A DNA stretch of 63,986 nt, the filler included, from Basidioascus undulatus (lineage: Eukaryota), in NCBI GenBank assembly GCA_000826855.1. It is 5 parts of 5 records of this genome, joined end to end, with 100 filler letters (N's around TTAATTAATTAA, not from the genome) between each part and the next. Parts side by side here need not be neighbours in the genome. Positions count along the whole stretch, not along the records: positions 52,276 to 63,986 come from JTLS01000984.1; 4 more parts are not named here. One strand, written 5' to 3'. A model generated the notes under the pieces. That model worked only from the letters and a program-made list of their open reading frames with translations. It was not told the origin of the DNA and made no database searches. A program made the position numbers and the translations under genes. Below, piece after piece: positions 62,983-63,986 of this stretch; the stretch's first letter is position 1, and each line of letters opens with the position of its first letter.

Positions 62983-63986
62983 TCAGCCATGCCACCTGTT
63001 CCCCGGCTGGGCGTTGAACGTCGTCGCGTACGAGAGCTTCTCGCGCGTGGCGATGACGGACTTGTGCAGCTGGAGCGTGTCAATCGCGGTCTGCGCGTGG
63101 GTGCCCAGTCCAGAGCGCGTCAGCTTCCTTCCTCCTCGCGCCGCAAGGAGAGAAGACGAACCTGCCACGTATCCATATCGAGCTCAAACACCGCCTGCTG
63201 CTTCTGCAGTCCCTCCTTGTAATCGAGCTCGCTCGGGGCCTCGCACGCCACTACCCCACGTCCGCCATCCCCCTCATCAGTTTTTCCTCTACCAAAGGGA
63301 ATAGAAAGGCAGGGAGAGGGGGAGAAAGAACGCACTGAGCATTGGCTCTGCGGTGTGCTCGTCGGGCACGAGGCTCGCCTTGCCGTCGCGGATGAGGAAC
63401 GAGAGGTAGAAGAGGTTCTCGACGGACTGATCGAAGTGCTCGGGGTTGATGATGAACCGGAAGAGGTTGATCCCGTTCTCGCCGCCGTGCATCTCGAGCA
63501 GGCGCGAGATCTGGGCCGCCGGACGGTCGGGGTGATTAGAAGGAGGGAAAAAAAAAGGGAAGAAGGGGGGGGAAGGCAGACTCACCTCAGTCACGTTCTT
63601 CGTCGTCTCGTTCTCAGCGCGCTGGATGTCATCCTCGTTCAACTGGCGGGTGCGAGAAGGGCCAGATGCCAGTCAGACTGTGCTTCGGAGCAACAGATGC
63701 GCAGGGGAATGGGGGCCAGACGGACTTGTTGAGGCGCCGTCTTCGCCGCGACGTTCTTTTCCAGCTTGGAGCGTTTTGCCGCCTGCGTGCGCTGCTTTTG
63801 CTCCACCGCCAGGGGACCAAGCCTTTCCCCACCCAAGTATCAGTCCTTCCGCCGCATTAGGTACTGAGCCCCCTCTGAAGACGCACATGAAGTCCATCGC
63901 CGGCGCCCTCCTCGTCCTCCTCGCTGCCAGATCACCCAGCACGCCCCAATCGAGCTTCGGCCCGCCCCGCCCTCCTCACCAGTCGT
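62983..63986 (-). CDS. NSE4: Smc5/6 kleisin Nse4 (5' beyond window)
   Basis: RRAPAMDFM|.GPL; ENETTKNV; INLFRFIINPEHFDQSVENLFYLSFLIRDGKA; QAVFELDMDTWQ. Confidence 0.92.

Overview
This is eukaryotic, intron-rich fungal DNA. The GTGCGT/GTACGT/GTCCGT donors, CTRAC branch points and gene set point to a basidiomycete, probably Pucciniomycotina-like. The window is five unrelated ~13-kb contigs, sorted by length and joined by artificial N44-TTAATTAATTAA-N44 linkers, so adjacency across linkers is meaningless. Recognisable genes: U2 snRNA, an orphan multi-pass membrane protein, a SAMHD1-like HD hydrolase, PHO88/SND3, an enoyl-CoA isomerase, ERV41, an ENA-type P-ATPase (~39 introns), CWF18, a GRF zinc-finger protein, an NDUFA4-like protein, a DHA2-type MFS transporter, a DHHC-family palmitoyltransferase, a GST and NSE4. 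There are also many decayed gene fragments (M28 peptidase, GH5, AIM24, GNATs, F-box-like) and a 412-bp MITE. The main find is an apparently circularly permuted tRNA-Thr(CGT) gene at 16112-16214 (-): 3' half, 12-nt linker, 5' half, T5 terminator, with flanks that pair into an intron-like stem and an upstream A-box. I know this architecture from some algae and one archaeon, not from fungi. Next are a decayed intronless ORF resembling a viral guanylyltransferase-methyltransferase capping enzyme (41574-42120) and two ~92% identical introns at different positions of one gene (44378-44643). Gene models were read by eye, so exon boundaries are approximate unless stated.
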